This document shows, piece by piece, positions 40,366 to 41,649 of a stretch of 41,649 nucleotides of DNA. The notes under the pieces are model-generated. The model saw only the letters and a program-made list of their open reading frames with translations, ran no database searches and was not told the origin of the DNA. This DNA comes from a virus (lineage: Duplodnaviria > Heunggongvirae > Uroviricota > Caudoviricetes): IMG/VR virus record IMGVR_UViG_2718217885_000012, positions 1 through 41,649 of that record; one strand, given 5' to 3'. Numbering within the stretch: the first letter of the stretch is position 1; the number at the start of each line of letters is the position of its first letter. Position numbers and translations under genes: made by a program.

Positions 40366-41649
40366 GTGAACACATTTTCAGTTTCCCGTCTGGCGCTGGC
40401 ATTGGCTTTTGGCGTGACGCTGACCGCCTGTAGCTCAACCCCGCCCGATCAACGTCCTTCTGATCAAACCGCGCCTGGTACCTCTTCTCGCCCGATTCTG
40501 TCGGCAAAAGAAGCGCAGAATTTCGATGCTCAACACTATTTTGCATCCCTGACACCAGGTGCTGCAGCGTGGAATCCTTCCCCGATTACCCTGCCTGCGC
40601 AACCTGACTTTGTTGTCGGCCCGGCGGGCACTCAAGGTGTAACGCATACCACGATTCAGGCGGCGGTAGATGCGGCAATTATCAAGCGTACCAACAAGCG
40701 CCAGTATATTGCCGTGATGCCTGGTGAGTATCAGGGAACGGTATATGTCCCTGCCGCTCCGGGTGGAATTACTCTGTACGGTACAGGTGAAAAACCGATT
40801 GATGTGAAGATTGGGCTTTCCCTTGATGGTGGCATGAGCCCTGCCGACTGGCGTCACGACGTCAACCCGCGCGGCAAATATATGCCAGGTAAACCAGCGT
40901 GGTATATGTACGATAGCTGCCAGAGCAAACGCAGCGACAGTATCGGTGTTCTCTGCTCTGCGGTCTTCTGGTCACAAAACAATGGCCTGCAACTGCAAAA
41001 TCTGACCATCGAAAACACGCTGGGCGATAGCGTAGATGCAGGTAACCATCCGGCGGTGGCACTGCGTACTGATGGTGACCAGGTACAGATTAACAACGTT
41101 AACATTCTCGGTCGTCAGAACACCTTCTTTGTCACCAACAGCGGTGTGCAGAACCGTCTGGAAACCAACCGTCAGCCGCGTACGCTGGTGACCAACAGCT
41201 ACATTGAAGGGGATGTGGATATCGTTTCTGGTCGCGGCGCAGTGGTGTTCGATAACACCGAATTCCGCGTGGTGAACTCACGTACTCAGCAAGAAGCGTA
41301 TGTGTTTGCACCGGCTACGCTGTCCAACATTTACTACGGTTTCCTCGCCGTAAACAGCCGTTTCAATGCTTTCGGTGATGGTGTGGCGCAACTGGGCCGC
41401 TCGCTGGATGTTGATGCCAATACCAACGGTCAGGTGGTGATCCGTGATAGCGCCATCAACGAAGGTTTTAACACGGCTAAACCGTGGGCCGATGCGGTGA
41501 TCTCTAATCGTCCGTTTGCGGGTAATACCGGCAGCGTAGATGATAACGACGAAATACAGCGCAATCTGAATGACACTAACTACAACCGCATGTGGGAATA
41601 CAATAACCGCGGCGTGGGTAGTAAAGTGGTTGCAGAGGCGAAGAAGTAA
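40366..41649 (+). CDS. ybhC: Host lipoprotein YbhC (pectinesterase-family putative acyl-CoA thioesterase)
   Basis: GTG start; lipobox LTAC; MNTFSVSRLALALAFGVTLTACSS... recognised as E. coli YbhC by recall; lies outside the right att repeat; stop at the window end. Confidence 0.85.
   Translation: MNTFSVSRLALALAFGVTLTACSSTPPDQRPSDQTAPGTSSRPILSAKEAQNFDAQHYFASLTPGAAAWNPSPITLPAQPDFVVGPAGTQGVTHTTIQAAVDAAIIKRTNKRQYIAVMPGEYQGTVYVPAAPGGITLYGTGEKPIDVKIGLSLDGGMSPADWRHDVNPRGKYMPGKPAWYMYDSCQSKRSDSIGVLCSAVFWSQNNGLQLQNLTIENTLGDSVDAGNHPAVALRTDGDQVQINNVNILGRQNTFFVTNSGVQNRLETNRQPRTLVTNSYIEGDVDIVSGRGAVVFDNTEFRVVNSRTQQEAYVFAPATLSNIYYGFLAVNSRFNAFGDGVAQLGRSLDVDANTNGQVVIRDSAINEGFNTAKPWADAVISNRPFAGNTGSVDDNDEIQRNLNDTNYNRMWEYNNRGVGSKVVAEAKK

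Overview
Almost the entire window is one intact, mosaic lambdoid prophage (about 91..40320) inserted at the lambda attachment site next to ybhC. It is bounded by 15-bp direct repeats of the lambda att core (TTAGTATAAAAAAGC at 91-105 and 40306-40320). All protein identifications below rest on my recall of lambda, 434 and P22 protein sequences and on motifs visible in the translations; nothing was searched. Modules, left to right: sib/tI-like hairpin; P22-like tailspike; an HNH endonuclease inserted antisense; P22-type immI (ant, arc, mnt) followed by a three-gene AT-rich cassette at the sieA position; P22-like ejection, tail, coat, scaffold, portal and terminase genes; lambda-type lysis genes (Rz/Rz1, R, S); pR'/6S/tR' and Q; a lambda nin region carrying an extra Dam-family methyltransferase; a non-lambda replication module (primase-helicase fusion plus an initiator with four internal iterons); lambda cII/oop/nutR; 434-type cro, OR, cI; a secreted protein translationally coupled to cI; 434-type OL with lambda nutL and N; three unrecognised genes at the ral/sieB position; cIII, kil, Erf and an SSB; Ea22-like and DUF551-like genes; lambda xis and int; then host ybhC. 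The best candidates for an undescribed system are the lysogen-expressed accessory loci: the three-gene mnt-operon cassette (4791-6032), the cI-coupled secreted protein (31698-32102) and the N-proximal genes (32744-34650). I could not assign any of these to a known family, so they are positional and compositional candidates only.
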